A DNA stretch of 45,012 nucleotides from Tepidisphaeraceae bacterium (GCA_050018415.1 JBEKAB010000033.1:1-45012), one strand, 5' to 3'. Positions 8,477 to 18,478 are shown, numbered from the stretch's first letter. Notes: generated by a model from the sequence alone, not told the origin. Numbers and translations are program-made.

Positions 8477-9652
8477 ATGACGCGCACGATCGGCTGGTCC
8501 TTTTTTCTGGCCATGTCCTGGACCTGGTGCATCGGCATGTATCTGCCGGTGCTGCTGCTGCGCGATGCCGGCTGGGCGGGCTTTGCGGTCTTTGCGATTC
8601 CCAACGTCGTCGGCGCCGCGGCGATGGGGTGGATGCTGCGCGACGCCCAGCAGAGCCGCGAACTGGTGGCGAATCATGAATCGGCGTGCATCTGGTTTTC
8701 GCTGGTGACGATCGTATTCCACGCGTTTTTCGCGGCATGGATCATTCGCCGCATCGTCGGACCGTCCGCCGGCGTGATGGTGGGCGCCGCGTTTGCCATT
8801 TTCTGGCTGATCCTCCAGTGGGAGCGCGGCGGGAAATTTCTCGCCGCGGTGCTGGTCCTGGCCGTTTCCGTTTTTGCCTTCGCCTGGGGCTGCGCCCGCG
8901 GCGAAATCCCCTACGTCGCCCAGCCGCTGGGGTTCTCCCCAACCACGCTGTCGCCCGGCGGCGCGTTGTGGCTCGCCCCCGCGTGCCTGTTTGGTTTTCT
9001 CCTGTGCCCGTACCTGGACCTGACGTTCCACGCCGCGCGTCAAGGAACGACCGCCCCGCAGGCCCGCGCCGCTTTTACCGCGGGATTTTGCCTGATCTTT
9101 CCGCTCATGATTCTGTTCAGCGCCGCGTACAGCGGTCCGCTTGTCCTTTTCCTGGCCCGGCGGATTTATCCGCAGTTGGCGGCGATCGTGGCGGTGCATC
9201 TGATCGCCCACAGCGGCTTTGTGGCCGCAGCGCACGCACGGCAACTGGCCGATCGCGCGTCGAGGATCACCTTGGGTCGCATAGTGATCTTCGGCGCCGC
9301 CGTCGCGGCGGCCGTGGCGCTGGGGGTTTGGGATCGCGGCTACAGCTATCGCGGCCTGCGCTTGGGTGAAATCGTTTATCGTTGTTTCCTGGGCTTCTAC
9401 GCGCTGGTCTTCCCGGCGTACGTCTGGCTGCGGGTGGTGCCGCGGCGACGTTCGGGACTGCGGCTGGCGCTGGCGGTGCTCGCGGCAGCACCGATGTTTT
9501 GGCTGGGGTTTGTGGAGCGGCTGGGGGTGTGGCTGTTGCCGGGGGTTTTGATCCCGGTTGCGGCGAAATGGATTTTCACGCCACGGCCGGGCGAGCCGCG
9601 GGCGGACTTGCCGCCGGCGCACTGGCCGCCGGCTGGGGAAACTGGCACGTGA
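8477..9652 (+). CDS. hypothetical polytopic membrane protein (about 10 predicted TM helices)
   Basis: 391-aa ORF, high GC3, many hydrophobic segments. No recognisable catalytic motif. The 3' end overlaps the convergent histidine kinase gene by about 77 nt, so the true C-terminus may be shorter. Confidence 0.5.
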   Translation: MTRTIGWSFFLAMSWTWCIGMYLPVLLLRDAGWAGFAVFAIPNVVGAAAMGWMLRDAQQSRELVANHESACIWFSLVTIVFHAFFAAWIIRRIVGPSAGVMVGAAFAIFWLILQWERGGKFLAAVLVLAVSVFAFAWGCARGEIPYVAQPLGFSPTTLSPGGALWLAPACLFGFLLCPYLDLTFHAARQGTTAPQARAAFTAGFCLIFPLMILFSAAYSGPLVLFLARRIYPQLAAIVAVHLIAHSGFVAAAHARQLADRASRITLGRIVIFGAAVAAAVALGVWDRGYSYRGLRLGEIVYRCFLGFYALVFPAYVWLRVVPRRRSGLRLALAVLAAAPMFWLGFVERLGVWLLPGVLIPVAAKWIFTPRPGEPRADLPPAHWPPAGETGT

Positions 9653-10931
9653 CCGTGGTGCCGACGCCGACCGTGGATTCCAGCTTGACGGTGCCGTCCA
9701 GAGCCAGCATGGCGTGTTTGACGATGGCCAGACCCAGTCCCGAGCCGCGGCCGGCGCTGCCGCTGCGGGCCGAATCCACCTGATAGAACCGCTCGAAGAC
9801 GCGGTCGATGTGCTCGCGGGCGATGCCGATGCCGGTGTCCGCCACGACGACGGTGACGACGCCGCCGGCCGGGCCGACCGGCGTGGACTGGCGAATGCTG
9901 AGCGTCACCTTGCCGCCGCCGGGCGTGAACTTGATGCTGTTTTCCAGAAGGTTTTTGACGACCAGGTTGAACAGCCGCGTGTCCATGAATACTTCCGCCG
10001 GCGTCGCCGGGTCGTCGTCGCCGATGCGCAGCTCCACGCCCTTTTGCCGTGCCAGCGTGCCCATGGTGGACTTCAGCGGCGACAACAGGTCGGAGGTCTT
10101 GATGGCGGCGACGCGCGGCTTGAGCTCCGGGCTCTCCACGCGCGACAGGTCCATCAGGTCGCGCAGCATCTCCTCCAGGCGGCGTATCTGGGAGTCGATG
10201 ACCGACATGCACCGCTCGGTCTGAGCCGGATCGTCGCGGTACACCTCGCGCAGGGTTTCGAAGGCGGCCTTGATCGCCGCCATGGGGGTGCGGAGCTCGT
10301 GGCTGGCGTTGGCGACGAAATCGGTCTTCATCTGCACCGCGCCCGCCAGGGCGCTGACGTCGCGCAGCACCAGGAGCGACGAGCCGCTGACCATGCGCCG
10401 CGCCACCGCCTGGTACGTGAGGCGCTGGCCGTCGCGGGTCAGGCGAATTTCGCGTTGCACGGCATCCACGGGCGGCGAGGCGCCGGCGCCATCGACCAGC
10501 GCTTCGTACAGCTCCACCACCTGCTCGTCGTTGACGACGTTGACCAGCTTCTCGTTGAGCACCGCGGCGGGCGAAACGGACAAAAGCCGAGCGGCGGGCG
10601 CGTTGAGCAAAACGATGCGGCCGTGAGCGTCGGCGGCCAGGATGGGGTCGGGCATGGTGTCCATCAGCGCCCGCAGTCCGCCCCGTTGCTGATGCAGGTC
10701 GGACAATTGTTTTTGCACCTCGGCCGCCAGGAGATTGAGATGGTTGCCCATGTCTCGCACGGGCGATGCGCCGCGGGGTTGGGTGCGGGCGGCAAAATCG
10801 CCGCCGGACAAACGCCAGGCAAGCCGCTCCGCGTGGCGCAGGGGCAGCTTCCAACGGTACCGCTGGATCAGCCAGACCAGCAGCACCCCCGCGGCAAGCA
10901 CTGCCAGCAGAACCAGGTCGTGAAACTGCAT
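9576..10931 (-). CDS. sensor histidine kinase, PhoR-like (TM, PAS, HisKA, HATPase_c)
   Basis: N-terminal TM helix and a PAS-like region. H-box ANASHELRTPMAAIKAA. N, G1 and G2 boxes are present (NLLENSIKFT, DTGIGI, GSGLGLAIVKH). Lies immediately downstream of the response regulator. Confidence 0.85.
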   Translation of the reverse strand: MQFHDLVLLAVLAAGVLLVWLIQRYRWKLPLRHAERLAWRLSGGDFAARTQPRGASPVRDMGNHLNLLAAEVQKQLSDLHQQRGGLRALMDTMPDPILAADAHGRIVLLNAPAARLLSVSPAAVLNEKLVNVVNDEQVVELYEALVDGAGASPPVDAVQREIRLTRDGQRLTYQAVARRMVSGSSLLVLRDVSALAGAVQMKTDFVANASHELRTPMAAIKAAFETLREVYRDDPAQTERCMSVIDSQIRRLEEMLRDLMDLSRVESPELKPRVAAIKTSDLLSPLKSTMGTLARQKGVELRIGDDDPATPAEVFMDTRLFNLVVKNLLENSIKFTPGGGKVTLSIRQSTPVGPAGGVVTVVVADTGIGIAREHIDRVFERFYQVDSARSGSAGRGSGLGLAIVKHAMLALDGTVKLESTVGVGTTVTCQFPQPAASAPAASPPAARPAVA

Positions 10932-10984
10932 ACGGGGATTATTCTAGCGACCCGGGCCGGATTCAAGCGGCCAAGAGGCGCCGA

Positions 10985-11746
10985 TCACTCGGATTCTTCG
11001 GGCGATTCGCGCAGGCGGTATCCCACGCCGCGCACGGTGTGCACCAGCCAACTGGCCGAGCCCAGCTTCTTGCGGATGGCCGTGATGTGAACGTCGATGG
11101 CGCGGTCGGTCACGAAGACGTCCGTGCCCATGGCCTTGTCCATGAGCTGATCGCGCGTCAACACGCGGCCGCGCGCCGTCACCAGCGCCGAGAGCAATTT
11201 GAACTCGGTCAGCGTCAACTTGACCTGGCCGTCGTCGACGCAGACTTCGTGCTTGAGGGTGTCGATGGTGAGCGGACCGGCCTTGAGCACGCCTCCCTCG
11301 CCGGCGGCTTGCCCCGCCTCGGCGCGCCGAAGCACCGAGGCCACCCGCGCCAACAGCACCTTCATGCTGAACGGCTTGGTCACGTAGTCGTCGGCGCCAA
11401 TCGTCAGTCCCACCACCACGTCCGTCTCTTCCCCCTTGGCCGTGAGCATGACGATGGGGATGTTGGCGGTTTGCGCCTCGGCCTTGAGTCGCCGCGCCAC
11501 TTCCATTCCGTCCAAACCGGGAAGCATCAAATCCAAAATAATCAAATCCGGCGAAGACTTGTGAGCGATGTCCAGCGCCTGATTGCCGTTGTAGGCCATC
11601 AAGGGTTCGTAGCCGTTGCGGCCCAGGTTGTAAGCCACCAGATCAACAATGTCTTTTTCGTCGTCGACGACGAGGATTTTCCGTTTGGCCGACGCAGTGG
11701 TCCGCACGGCCGACGCATGACGACTGGTTTCGTTGATTCGGCTCAT
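10985..11746 (-). CDS. OmpR/PhoB-family response regulator
   Basis: Receiver domain (KILVVDDEKDIVDLV...DLIILDLMLPGLDG...MLTAKGEE) plus a winged-helix domain (TEFKLL, VHITAIRKKL, TVRGVGYRL) closely resembling PhoB. Shine-Dalgarno site GGGAAGAGGAA upstream of the ATG. Confidence 0.85.
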   Translation of the reverse strand: MSRINETSRHASAVRTTASAKRKILVVDDEKDIVDLVAYNLGRNGYEPLMAYNGNQALDIAHKSSPDLIILDLMLPGLDGMEVARRLKAEAQTANIPIVMLTAKGEETDVVVGLTIGADDYVTKPFSMKVLLARVASVLRRAEAGQAAGEGGVLKAGPLTIDTLKHEVCVDDGQVKLTLTEFKLLSALVTARGRVLTRDQLMDKAMGTDVFVTDRAIDVHITAIRKKLGSASWLVHTVRGVGYRLRESPEESE

Positions 11747-11982
11747 AATTCCTCTTCCCTGCGACGATACCGCCGCCGGCGATCAGTTGGACGCCCTCAA
11801 TTTGACCCGCTTTAGTCCGGCGTCAAGGCGTTAGCGCCGGCTTAATGCAGTCACCATGCAATCTGAACCGTCCAGAGGACCCAAGTTGCCTCGTCCATAC
11901 GATTCCTGCGGTGGTTTTGGCACCGTATCGAATTGTCGCTATCATCCGGCGGATCAATGAGAAAGGGAGTTGGGACACCGCT

Positions 11983-12456
11983 ATGAACCCGTTGAATCGC
12001 AGAGAATTGCTCGCCATGGCCGCCGCCGGTGCGGCGACCGCGGCCTGCCTGTGCTGCCTGGGCGATGCCGCCACCGTCTTGGCCGACGCCACCACCGCAC
12101 CCTCCACCCTCGACCTCGGGCCCGTTGCAGATTTCAAGACCGACGGAATCACCATTAAGTGGATGAGCAGCGACAAGCTCGCCATCGTCCGGCACAACGG
12201 CAAGCTTTACGCCCCCACCGCCATATGCACGCATAAAGGAAGCACCATTCAGTCCCCTGACGGAACCTCGTTTGCCTGTCCCAAACACCACGCGACGTAT
12301 GACATCGAGGGCAACGTCACCAAGGGACCGGCCAAGAAGGCACTGGTCCGATACGCGATTAGCGTTGATGCCAATGGGCACGTCATCGTGGACAAGTCGC
12401 GCTCGTTCAAGCCTGAGCAATGGAACGATCCGGCCAGCTTCATCAAGCTGAGCTGA
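11983..12456 (+). CDS. Tat-exported Rieske [2Fe-2S] domain protein
   Basis: Twin-arginine signal (MNPLNRRELLAMAAAGAATAA) and a Rieske CXH...CXXH motif (CTHKGS...CPKHH). An AAAGGGAG Shine-Dalgarno site lies about 13 nt upstream. The longer ORF-track start at 11845 was rejected. Confidence 0.75.
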   Translation: MNPLNRRELLAMAAAGAATAACLCCLGDAATVLADATTAPSTLDLGPVADFKTDGITIKWMSSDKLAIVRHNGKLYAPTAICTHKGSTIQSPDGTSFACPKHHATYDIEGNVTKGPAKKALVRYAISVDANGHVIVDKSRSFKPEQWNDPASFIKLS

Positions 12457-12468
12457 AACCGATTCACG

Positions 12469-13728
12469 TTACGGCGCGGCGCGTGGGCGCAGGATGATCG
12501 TCGGCCAGCGATCCGGCCCGCCGCCGGCCTGTCCCGCAACCGAAAAATCGGCGTAAATCGATTGACCCATCAGCACCCGCATGGGGGATGTTGCGCGGGT
12601 CGTTGCCACGGCGTGGTCGGCGGGCGCCAACCACCGCGTCATGACGGCCAGGGGCTGGTCCGCCTTCAGATGACCGCTGAGCCACCTCGGCTGGCCGTCG
12701 GCGCTGCAATGCAGGACAAGGTTCAAGCTCGGCCACTGCTGGGGATCGCTCGCCACCGGATGAATCAAGCCCCCGATGGGAATGCTGAAATCCGCGTCGC
12801 GATGGCTGATTTGATAGAGCCAAGTGTCCGCGATGTCGCTGGGGCCCATCAGTCGCATTTCTCCGACGATTTGCGCCAGGGGCGATCGGGATCGGTTGTC
12901 CCAAGTCGCCGCCGCGACGAATGCGGCCACCAAGAGCACCATCGCCACCGGCATCCAACGCGACCGCCACAGATACACCCCGCCGGCCAGGATGCAAAAC
13001 AGCGCGCCCAGGATCACGACGCGGCGGCGAAACGCCGCCGAGCGTCCGGCCGTCCAGCCCAGTGTCGGAGCGTAGGCTTGTGAATCCACGGTCGGCGGAA
13101 GCGCGATGCCGACTTGAGCCACCCATAGCCGCCCTTGCTTTCGCCAAGACAACGCATCGTCTGGCGGCACAACGCTGACAACCGCCAGGGCCACGTTCGC
13201 CGCGTAAAGTCCGCGCCGCAGGTCTGGCGGAATGTTCACCCAACCGACCGGCGTCACCAGCAGCGCATCGAGCGACTCCCACGCCATCGCCGGCCCGGCA
13301 ATCGGCCGCATCGTGTCCAGGCGGATCGGGACAACGCGACTCGACCCAAACAAGTCCTTCAAGAGCGAAGGATCATCCACATTCGTACCCACCAGGCGAT
13401 CGGAATCGTCCAAGGCGTGCAGCGGCCGATCAAACCCGGCTGCGGCAGCGCCGCCAGCCCGCCAGCGAACGTTCCCCACGTCATCCTCCACGGCCAGCCA
13501 AGGCAGCACGCCCACCGACGAGCTGACGCGATCCACACGCACGCTCATCGCGCCGTCGGCGGACAAATCAATGGACGCGTTGGCCCCGGGCAAATCCCAT
13601 TGCACGGGCATGGCCCGCCCGGGATGGAAATACCCCTGCAGAGGCAGAAGCAGCCTATCGGCGCGGCAGGGGCTGGCGAGCAACATCGCCCCCATCGCGG
13701 CCAGGCATCCAACTCGAAAACCGCGCAT
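12469..13728 (-). CDS. hypothetical secreted/membrane-anchored protein
   Basis: 419-aa ORF with an N-terminal signal peptide and two central TM helices. High GC3. No recognisable domain. Confidence 0.45.
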   Translation of the reverse strand: MRGFRVGCLAAMGAMLLASPCRADRLLLPLQGYFHPGRAMPVQWDLPGANASIDLSADGAMSVRVDRVSSSVGVLPWLAVEDDVGNVRWRAGGAAAAGFDRPLHALDDSDRLVGTNVDDPSLLKDLFGSSRVVPIRLDTMRPIAGPAMAWESLDALLVTPVGWVNIPPDLRRGLYAANVALAVVSVVPPDDALSWRKQGRLWVAQVGIALPPTVDSQAYAPTLGWTAGRSAAFRRRVVILGALFCILAGGVYLWRSRWMPVAMVLLVAAFVAAATWDNRSRSPLAQIVGEMRLMGPSDIADTWLYQISHRDADFSIPIGGLIHPVASDPQQWPSLNLVLHCSADGQPRWLSGHLKADQPLAVMTRWLAPADHAVATTRATSPMRVLMGQSIYADFSVAGQAGGGPDRWPTIILRPRAAP

Positions 13729-13743
13729 GAAAACTCAGGAGTG

Positions 13744-15666
13744 TTACCTGTTCAACTCGACGGCCAGGCGCAGGGCCTCGGCGACGCTCCACGCCTGGGC
13801 AAAGCAGCCGCAGGGCCGGTGCGGCTCGTTGCCCTCGAAAATCTCGGCGATCTGCCCGATACAGCCGTGCTCCATGCTTTCGAGCAGCGGCGCCAGCCAG
13901 CGACGGGCCTGATCCACCGCGGCGTCCGAGCGGTTGTTCACCCTTAAATACGCCTCGAGGAACGGGCCCAAGAGCCAGGCCCAGACCGTGCCGTTGTGAT
14001 ACGCCGCATCGCGTTGCCGCTGCGCGCCGCGGTACGTGCCGTGATATTTGCTGTCAGACTTGGCCAGTGTGCGCAAGCCGACGGGCGTCAGCAGCTCTCG
14101 CCGCACGGTTTCGACGACCGCCAATTGCTGCTCATGGCTCAGCGGGCTGTGGGGCAAGCTGACGGCGAAGATCTGATTGGGCCGGATGGACACGTCCCGT
14201 CGCGGGCCATCCACCACATCCGCCAAGCCGCGGAAGGGGCTGATCCAGAACGTCTTGCAGAAACTCCGGGCCACCGCGTCGGCCTGCGCCTCGCCCAGAA
14301 GCCGCAGGGCGTTGTACCACAGGGCGTTGATCTCGACGGCCTTGCCCTGCCGCGGGGTGAAGGCCACGCCGTCGCACTTGGTATCCATCCACGTCAACTG
14401 CGTGCCCGGATCCCCCTGCGTCACCAAACCGTCGGCCGGATCGACGTGGATGTGATAGCGCGTACCGCGCCGGTAACCCTCGACGATCGCCCGGCAGGCG
14501 GGAAGCAGGACTTTTTCCAGCGTCTGTGCATCGTTGGCCAGTCGGGCGTATTCGAAGGCGGCGTGGATGAACCACAAACTGGCATCCACGGTGTTGTAAG
14601 ACGGCTGATTGGTGTAATCGTCGAAGCGATTGGGGATCATGCCATCGCTGACGTACTGGGCGAAAACGCACAACACCTGGCGAGCCTGCTCAAAGCGTTC
14701 CGTGGTCAAGAGCAAGCCCGGGAGGGAGATCATGGTGTCGCGGCCCCAGTCGGCAAACCAGGGATACCCGGCGATGATCGTCGCGCCGGCCGTCCCATCA
14801 GGCGATGGGCGATCCACCACAAAATCGTTGGCCGCGCGCGCCAGCCGCGTCACCGACGGCGACGGCGATGGCCAGGGCAACGCCGGCATCGAGGTCCGGC
14901 GTCGCTGGAGTTGCTGATCCCAATCGAAGCTTGGCTCCGGCTGGGCGCTGGCCCACAGCGTGATGGATGCCGTCCCGTCGGTGCTCAGGGAAAAATACCC
15001 GGGGGTGTAGAGGTCCTCGGTATCGTCCAGGCCGCGCTCGGTCTCCACCGCGTAAACGTAACTGAACCACCAGTCCGGCCGGCAGACGAACTGGCCAGCG
15101 TCCGCGACGATGTCCACACGATGGTTGCCGTCTTTGACCCAGACGCTGCGCTGCTCGTACGCGCCCTCCAGGCGCGCTTGGCCGCGGCGAAGATGATGGA
15201 AATCCAACAGCCGCATGAACGGCCCGAGCCGCAACTCCACGCTGCGGTCGGCCGTGATCGTGTAGCGAATCCCCGCGGCGTTGATCTTCCACGGCATTTG
15301 CAGTTCCTTGACCACGTGGATGCCTTCCACGTCGTATTCCCATCGCACCAGGCCGCCGTCCAAATCGAACCGGCGCAGATAGCGGTCGCCCCGAGGATGA
15401 AAGCGATCCGAGAACTGGTTGATGGAAAACTCCAGGAGCTGATCTTCGTTGCCCTCGACGCAGATGACCTCCCCCAGCCGGTTGAGCAGCATCACGCGTC
15501 CGACCGGCGGATGAGTCGCGGCGCAAAGCAGACCGTGATACCTCCGCGTGTTGCAACCGACGACGGTCCCCGCCGCGTACCCCCCCAGGCCATTGGTGAT
15601 CAGCCACTCCTCTTCGACGTGCGGCCGAAGCTCTCCATAAGTTTCGATGGAAAACAGTGAGGACAT
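13744..15666 (-). CDS. glycogen debranching enzyme (amylo-alpha-1,6-glucosidase family; GDE_N_bis + GDE_C)
   Basis: The N-terminal region (NGLGGYAAGTVVGCNTRRYHGLL) and the (alpha/alpha)6 C-terminal region (GYPWFADWGRDTMISLPGLLL, GLVTQGDPGTQLTWMD) are typical of archaeal/bacterial GDE-family glucoamylase-like enzymes. Confidence 0.8.
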   Translation of the reverse strand: MSSLFSIETYGELRPHVEEEWLITNGLGGYAAGTVVGCNTRRYHGLLCAATHPPVGRVMLLNRLGEVICVEGNEDQLLEFSINQFSDRFHPRGDRYLRRFDLDGGLVRWEYDVEGIHVVKELQMPWKINAAGIRYTITADRSVELRLGPFMRLLDFHHLRRGQARLEGAYEQRSVWVKDGNHRVDIVADAGQFVCRPDWWFSYVYAVETERGLDDTEDLYTPGYFSLSTDGTASITLWASAQPEPSFDWDQQLQRRRTSMPALPWPSPSPSVTRLARAANDFVVDRPSPDGTAGATIIAGYPWFADWGRDTMISLPGLLLTTERFEQARQVLCVFAQYVSDGMIPNRFDDYTNQPSYNTVDASLWFIHAAFEYARLANDAQTLEKVLLPACRAIVEGYRRGTRYHIHVDPADGLVTQGDPGTQLTWMDTKCDGVAFTPRQGKAVEINALWYNALRLLGEAQADAVARSFCKTFWISPFRGLADVVDGPRRDVSIRPNQIFAVSLPHSPLSHEQQLAVVETVRRELLTPVGLRTLAKSDSKYHGTYRGAQRQRDAAYHNGTVWAWLLGPFLEAYLRVNNRSDAAVDQARRWLAPLLESMEHGCIGQIAEIFEGNEPHRPCGCFAQAWSVAEALRLAVELNR

Positions 15667-15691
15667 TGCGGCTTATCTCCAGGCAACGGCG

Positions 15692-16393
15692 TCAGCCCGC
15701 GTCCGGCATCTGCGCGAAAGGCGCTTGCGGCGCCGGCGGCGGCGCCAGCATCTCGTTGGTCCCGTCCAAAAACGACTGCAATGTCTTGAGCCGGTCGCCG
15801 CCGCCGGCCACATGCACCAGGAAGTCGCCATCCCGGAAATTCTCCGGCGAACAGTTGAACGCGAAATGCGGCGCATAACAGACGTCGATTCCAGCCTTGC
15901 CGGTTTCCAGCAATCGTACAATCGCGGCCTGTTCCCACCAGTAGTGATAAATCAAATCGGGCTGCGCGTACACCCGATTAAGAAAATCGATGGTCTGCGG
16001 CGACCGCCGCAGGAAAAACTGGCCGCAGTTGATTCCGTTGAAATCCCTGCCGACGATGAAGTGTTCGGTCCGTCCCTGGACAAATCGCGTCAGCGGAATT
16101 TGATCGTTGACGATCACACTGTCGGCGTCGCTCCAGAAGACCCACTCGAAATGCTCCAGACACTCACGGACCAGAATGATTTTCGACCATGACGCCGGAC
16201 GGCTCGCATCCAGCGTATCGCCGGCGCCGACGAAGCCGTACCCGTACTTGCGGCAATAGGCCTGCTTGTTGGCGAAACTCAACCGGCCCAGATCGGCCAT
16301 TTGCGTCGTGCACAATGACGCGATGGCCATCGTCCCGCCCGACGCGGCACGCGCCTCCAAAATCAACCTGGCAACCTGATAGAGGTGAAGCAT
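15692..16393 (-). CDS. glycosyltransferase, GT34-like (Mnn10/Gma12/xyloglucan xylosyltransferase-type)
   Basis: Motif SWSKIILVRECLEHFEWVFWSDADSVIVND matches the GT34 W.K..I...L.....EW..W.D.DA.F signature, which includes the DxD. Start taken at the ATG 2 nt after the upstream stop; the ORF track gives TTG at 16399. Confidence 0.6.
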   Translation of the reverse strand: MLHLYQVARLILEARAASGGTMAIASLCTTQMADLGRLSFANKQAYCRKYGYGFVGAGDTLDASRPASWSKIILVRECLEHFEWVFWSDADSVIVNDQIPLTRFVQGRTEHFIVGRDFNGINCGQFFLRRSPQTIDFLNRVYAQPDLIYHYWWEQAAIVRLLETGKAGIDVCYAPHFAFNCSPENFRDGDFLVHVAGGGDRLKTLQSFLDGTNEMLAPPPAPQAPFAQMPDAG

Positions 16394-16395
16394 CC

Positions 16396-17139
16396 TCAAC
16401 CGAAGCCCAGAGACTTGTTGATCAGAAAACTGAAAAAACTACGCGGATGCATCAGTTGGGCGGCGGAATTCCCGGCCTCATACGCCTGTACCGCAGGCGC
16501 CGACAACAGGTACGTGAACGCCTGGGCGTCAACGCGCCTGGCATGTTCCACATCATCCGCCTGGTCAAAGAAGGGGGCGACGTCCGACGGATCGATCGGC
16601 CGGATCAACTGCCCTGGGATCTCCGTCCAGCGCTTGGGCTGACAATCCAGAATCGGCGTCAGGAGGCGCCCGCCCAGGCCGCAGCCGCCTTCGCCGGGAC
16701 TCGGCGCCCACCCCGATCGTAGCAACCGGCACACCTCCGCGTAGTACGCCTTCATCAGCGGGCTGCCCACCGCTGCGCCCATAAAATCCGTAGCCACCTG
16801 CCCGTCCGGCTTGCGATAGCCGGAAAAACCGTCCATGTCCCGCCGAATGCAACAGAACCAGACATCCGAAAGACTCTTCCTCACCACGCAGGATGAATCG
16901 ATCCAAATCCCACCGAACTTGGCCAGCAGATACGCCGCGACGAATTCCTTCCGCGCAGAAGCGTCCAGCCTGGAAATGTCGATGTCCCGATCCTCGCTGC
17001 GGACATAATCGAAGTCTCGCGGCCCTACCAGGCGCACGCCGGCGCCGCTGCGCAGGTGAACCGTGTAATGGCACAGATGAATCCAGGGGGGAGGGGCCGG
17101 CGGCTCCCAATATTGGCAGACAGGCAACACGCGGCGCAT
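16396..17139 (-). CDS. glycosyltransferase, GT32/Caps_synth-like (Gly_transf_sug motif)
   Basis: Region ARKEFVAAYLLAKFGGIWIDSS resembles the sugar-binding motif (D..RY..L...GG.Y.D.D) of Och1/capsule-synthesis transferases. The second Asp is degenerate (DSS). Confidence 0.5.
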   Translation of the reverse strand: MRRVLPVCQYWEPPAPPPWIHLCHYTVHLRSGAGVRLVGPRDFDYVRSEDRDIDISRLDASARKEFVAAYLLAKFGGIWIDSSCVVRKSLSDVWFCCIRRDMDGFSGYRKPDGQVATDFMGAAVGSPLMKAYYAEVCRLLRSGWAPSPGEGGCGLGGRLLTPILDCQPKRWTEIPGQLIRPIDPSDVAPFFDQADDVEHARRVDAQAFTYLLSAPAVQAYEAGNSAAQLMHPRSFFSFLINKSLGFG

Positions 17140-17218
17140 TTATCCCCCAAAACCGCCATCAAGGCAACCTTGACACCCCGCCAGGAGGCGGGAATGATAA
17201 ACTCGTCCGTGAATTCGA

Positions 17219-17292
<74 letters not shown>

Positions 17293-17311
17293 TTGGGCGC
17301 GATATCGGTTC

Positions 17312-18448
17312 ATGTCACATTTGCGAAATTTAGTTGCCGCGTTGTTGTTCGTGATGCAGTTCGTGGCCGCTGGGGCATGGGCTGACGGCCTGTTCGTTTA
17401 CTTTGGCACGCAGCGGGACGCGCCCGGCGTGGGCTTCTCGCTGGCTCGTTTCGATACCGACACGGGCCATCTGACCCGGCCGCAGTTGATCCTCGCCGCC
17501 GAGGCACCGTCGTTTTTCGTGATTCATCCCGACGGCAAGCATTTGTACACCACCAATTTCAGCGGCACGGGCGGTGTCAGCGCCTACCAGATCGATCCCA
17601 AAACCGCCTCGCTGAAACTGATCAATCATCTGTCCGGCGGCGGCGCCGGCACCAGCTACATCAGCCTGGACAAGACGGGCCGATTTGTCCTGGCGGCAAA
17701 TTTTGCAACCGGCCACATCGCCGTCTTTCACATCCAAGACGACGGCAGCTTGGGAGAGCACACCGCCTACGACCAACACGCCGGCAGCAGCATCAATCCG
17801 CAGCGGCAGACGCGGACCTACCCCCATTGCATTATCACCGATCCGACCAACCGCTTCGCCCTGGTGGCCGATCTGGGCCTGGACAAACTGTTCGTCTACC
17901 GCTTCGATGAGAAAACCGGCACACTCACCGCCAACGATCCGCCTTTCGTCACGGTGAAACCAGGCTCCGGCCCGCGTCACGTCCGCTTTCATCCCAACGG
18001 GAAATGGGTCTACCTGATCAACGAAATGGGCAGCAGCATCATCGGATACAACTGGGATTCAGCCCGTGGAACTCTGGCCGAATTCCAAACCGTCTCGACG
18101 CTGCCCCGGGGGTTCAGCGGCGAGAACAACGCCGCGGAGCTGGAAATCCACCCCGACGGCAAGTTCCTCTACGGCTCCAACCGCGGGCATGACAGCATCG
18201 CGATCTTTGCCATCGATCAGACGAGCGGCAAGCTGACGCTGGTTGGGCACGTCCCTTCGCAGGGCAAGACGCCACGCAATTTTGCGCTGGACCCGACCGG
18301 CAAGTGGATGATCTGCACCAATCAGTTCGGCAACAGCGCCGTCGTTTTCAGAATAGATGAGAATACCGGCCAGCTTACGCAGGTGGGCCAGGGCATCGAA
18401 GTGTCCGCTCCCTGCTGCGAGCGCTTCCTGCCGGCGCCGGCGCCGTGA
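17312..18448 (+). CDS. secreted 6-phosphogluconolactonase-like lactonase (7-bladed beta-propeller, 3-carboxymuconate cyclase family)
   Basis: Signal peptide MSHLRNLVAALLFVMQFVAAGAWA. Repeated propeller blades and a GSGPRHVRFHPNGKWVY motif typical of the Pgl/YbhE lactonase family. Start moved to ATG 17312 to avoid overlapping the tRNA. Confidence 0.78.
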   Translation: MSHLRNLVAALLFVMQFVAAGAWADGLFVYFGTQRDAPGVGFSLARFDTDTGHLTRPQLILAAEAPSFFVIHPDGKHLYTTNFSGTGGVSAYQIDPKTASLKLINHLSGGGAGTSYISLDKTGRFVLAANFATGHIAVFHIQDDGSLGEHTAYDQHAGSSINPQRQTRTYPHCIITDPTNRFALVADLGLDKLFVYRFDEKTGTLTANDPPFVTVKPGSGPRHVRFHPNGKWVYLINEMGSSIIGYNWDSARGTLAEFQTVSTLPRGFSGENNAAELEIHPDGKFLYGSNRGHDSIAIFAIDQTSGKLTLVGHVPSQGKTPRNFALDPTGKWMICTNQFGNSAVVFRIDENTGQLTQVGQGIEVSAPCCERFLPAPAP

Positions 18449-18478
18449 CGTTGCAGATCAGCCGGCAACCACCTCGGT

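Noticed and set aside
9397-11090. ORFs 9397..10854 (-) and 9558..11090 (+) overlapping the histidine kinase
   Set aside because: Low-complexity Arg/Pro/Gly-rich products. The kinase frame has all conserved H/N/G boxes.
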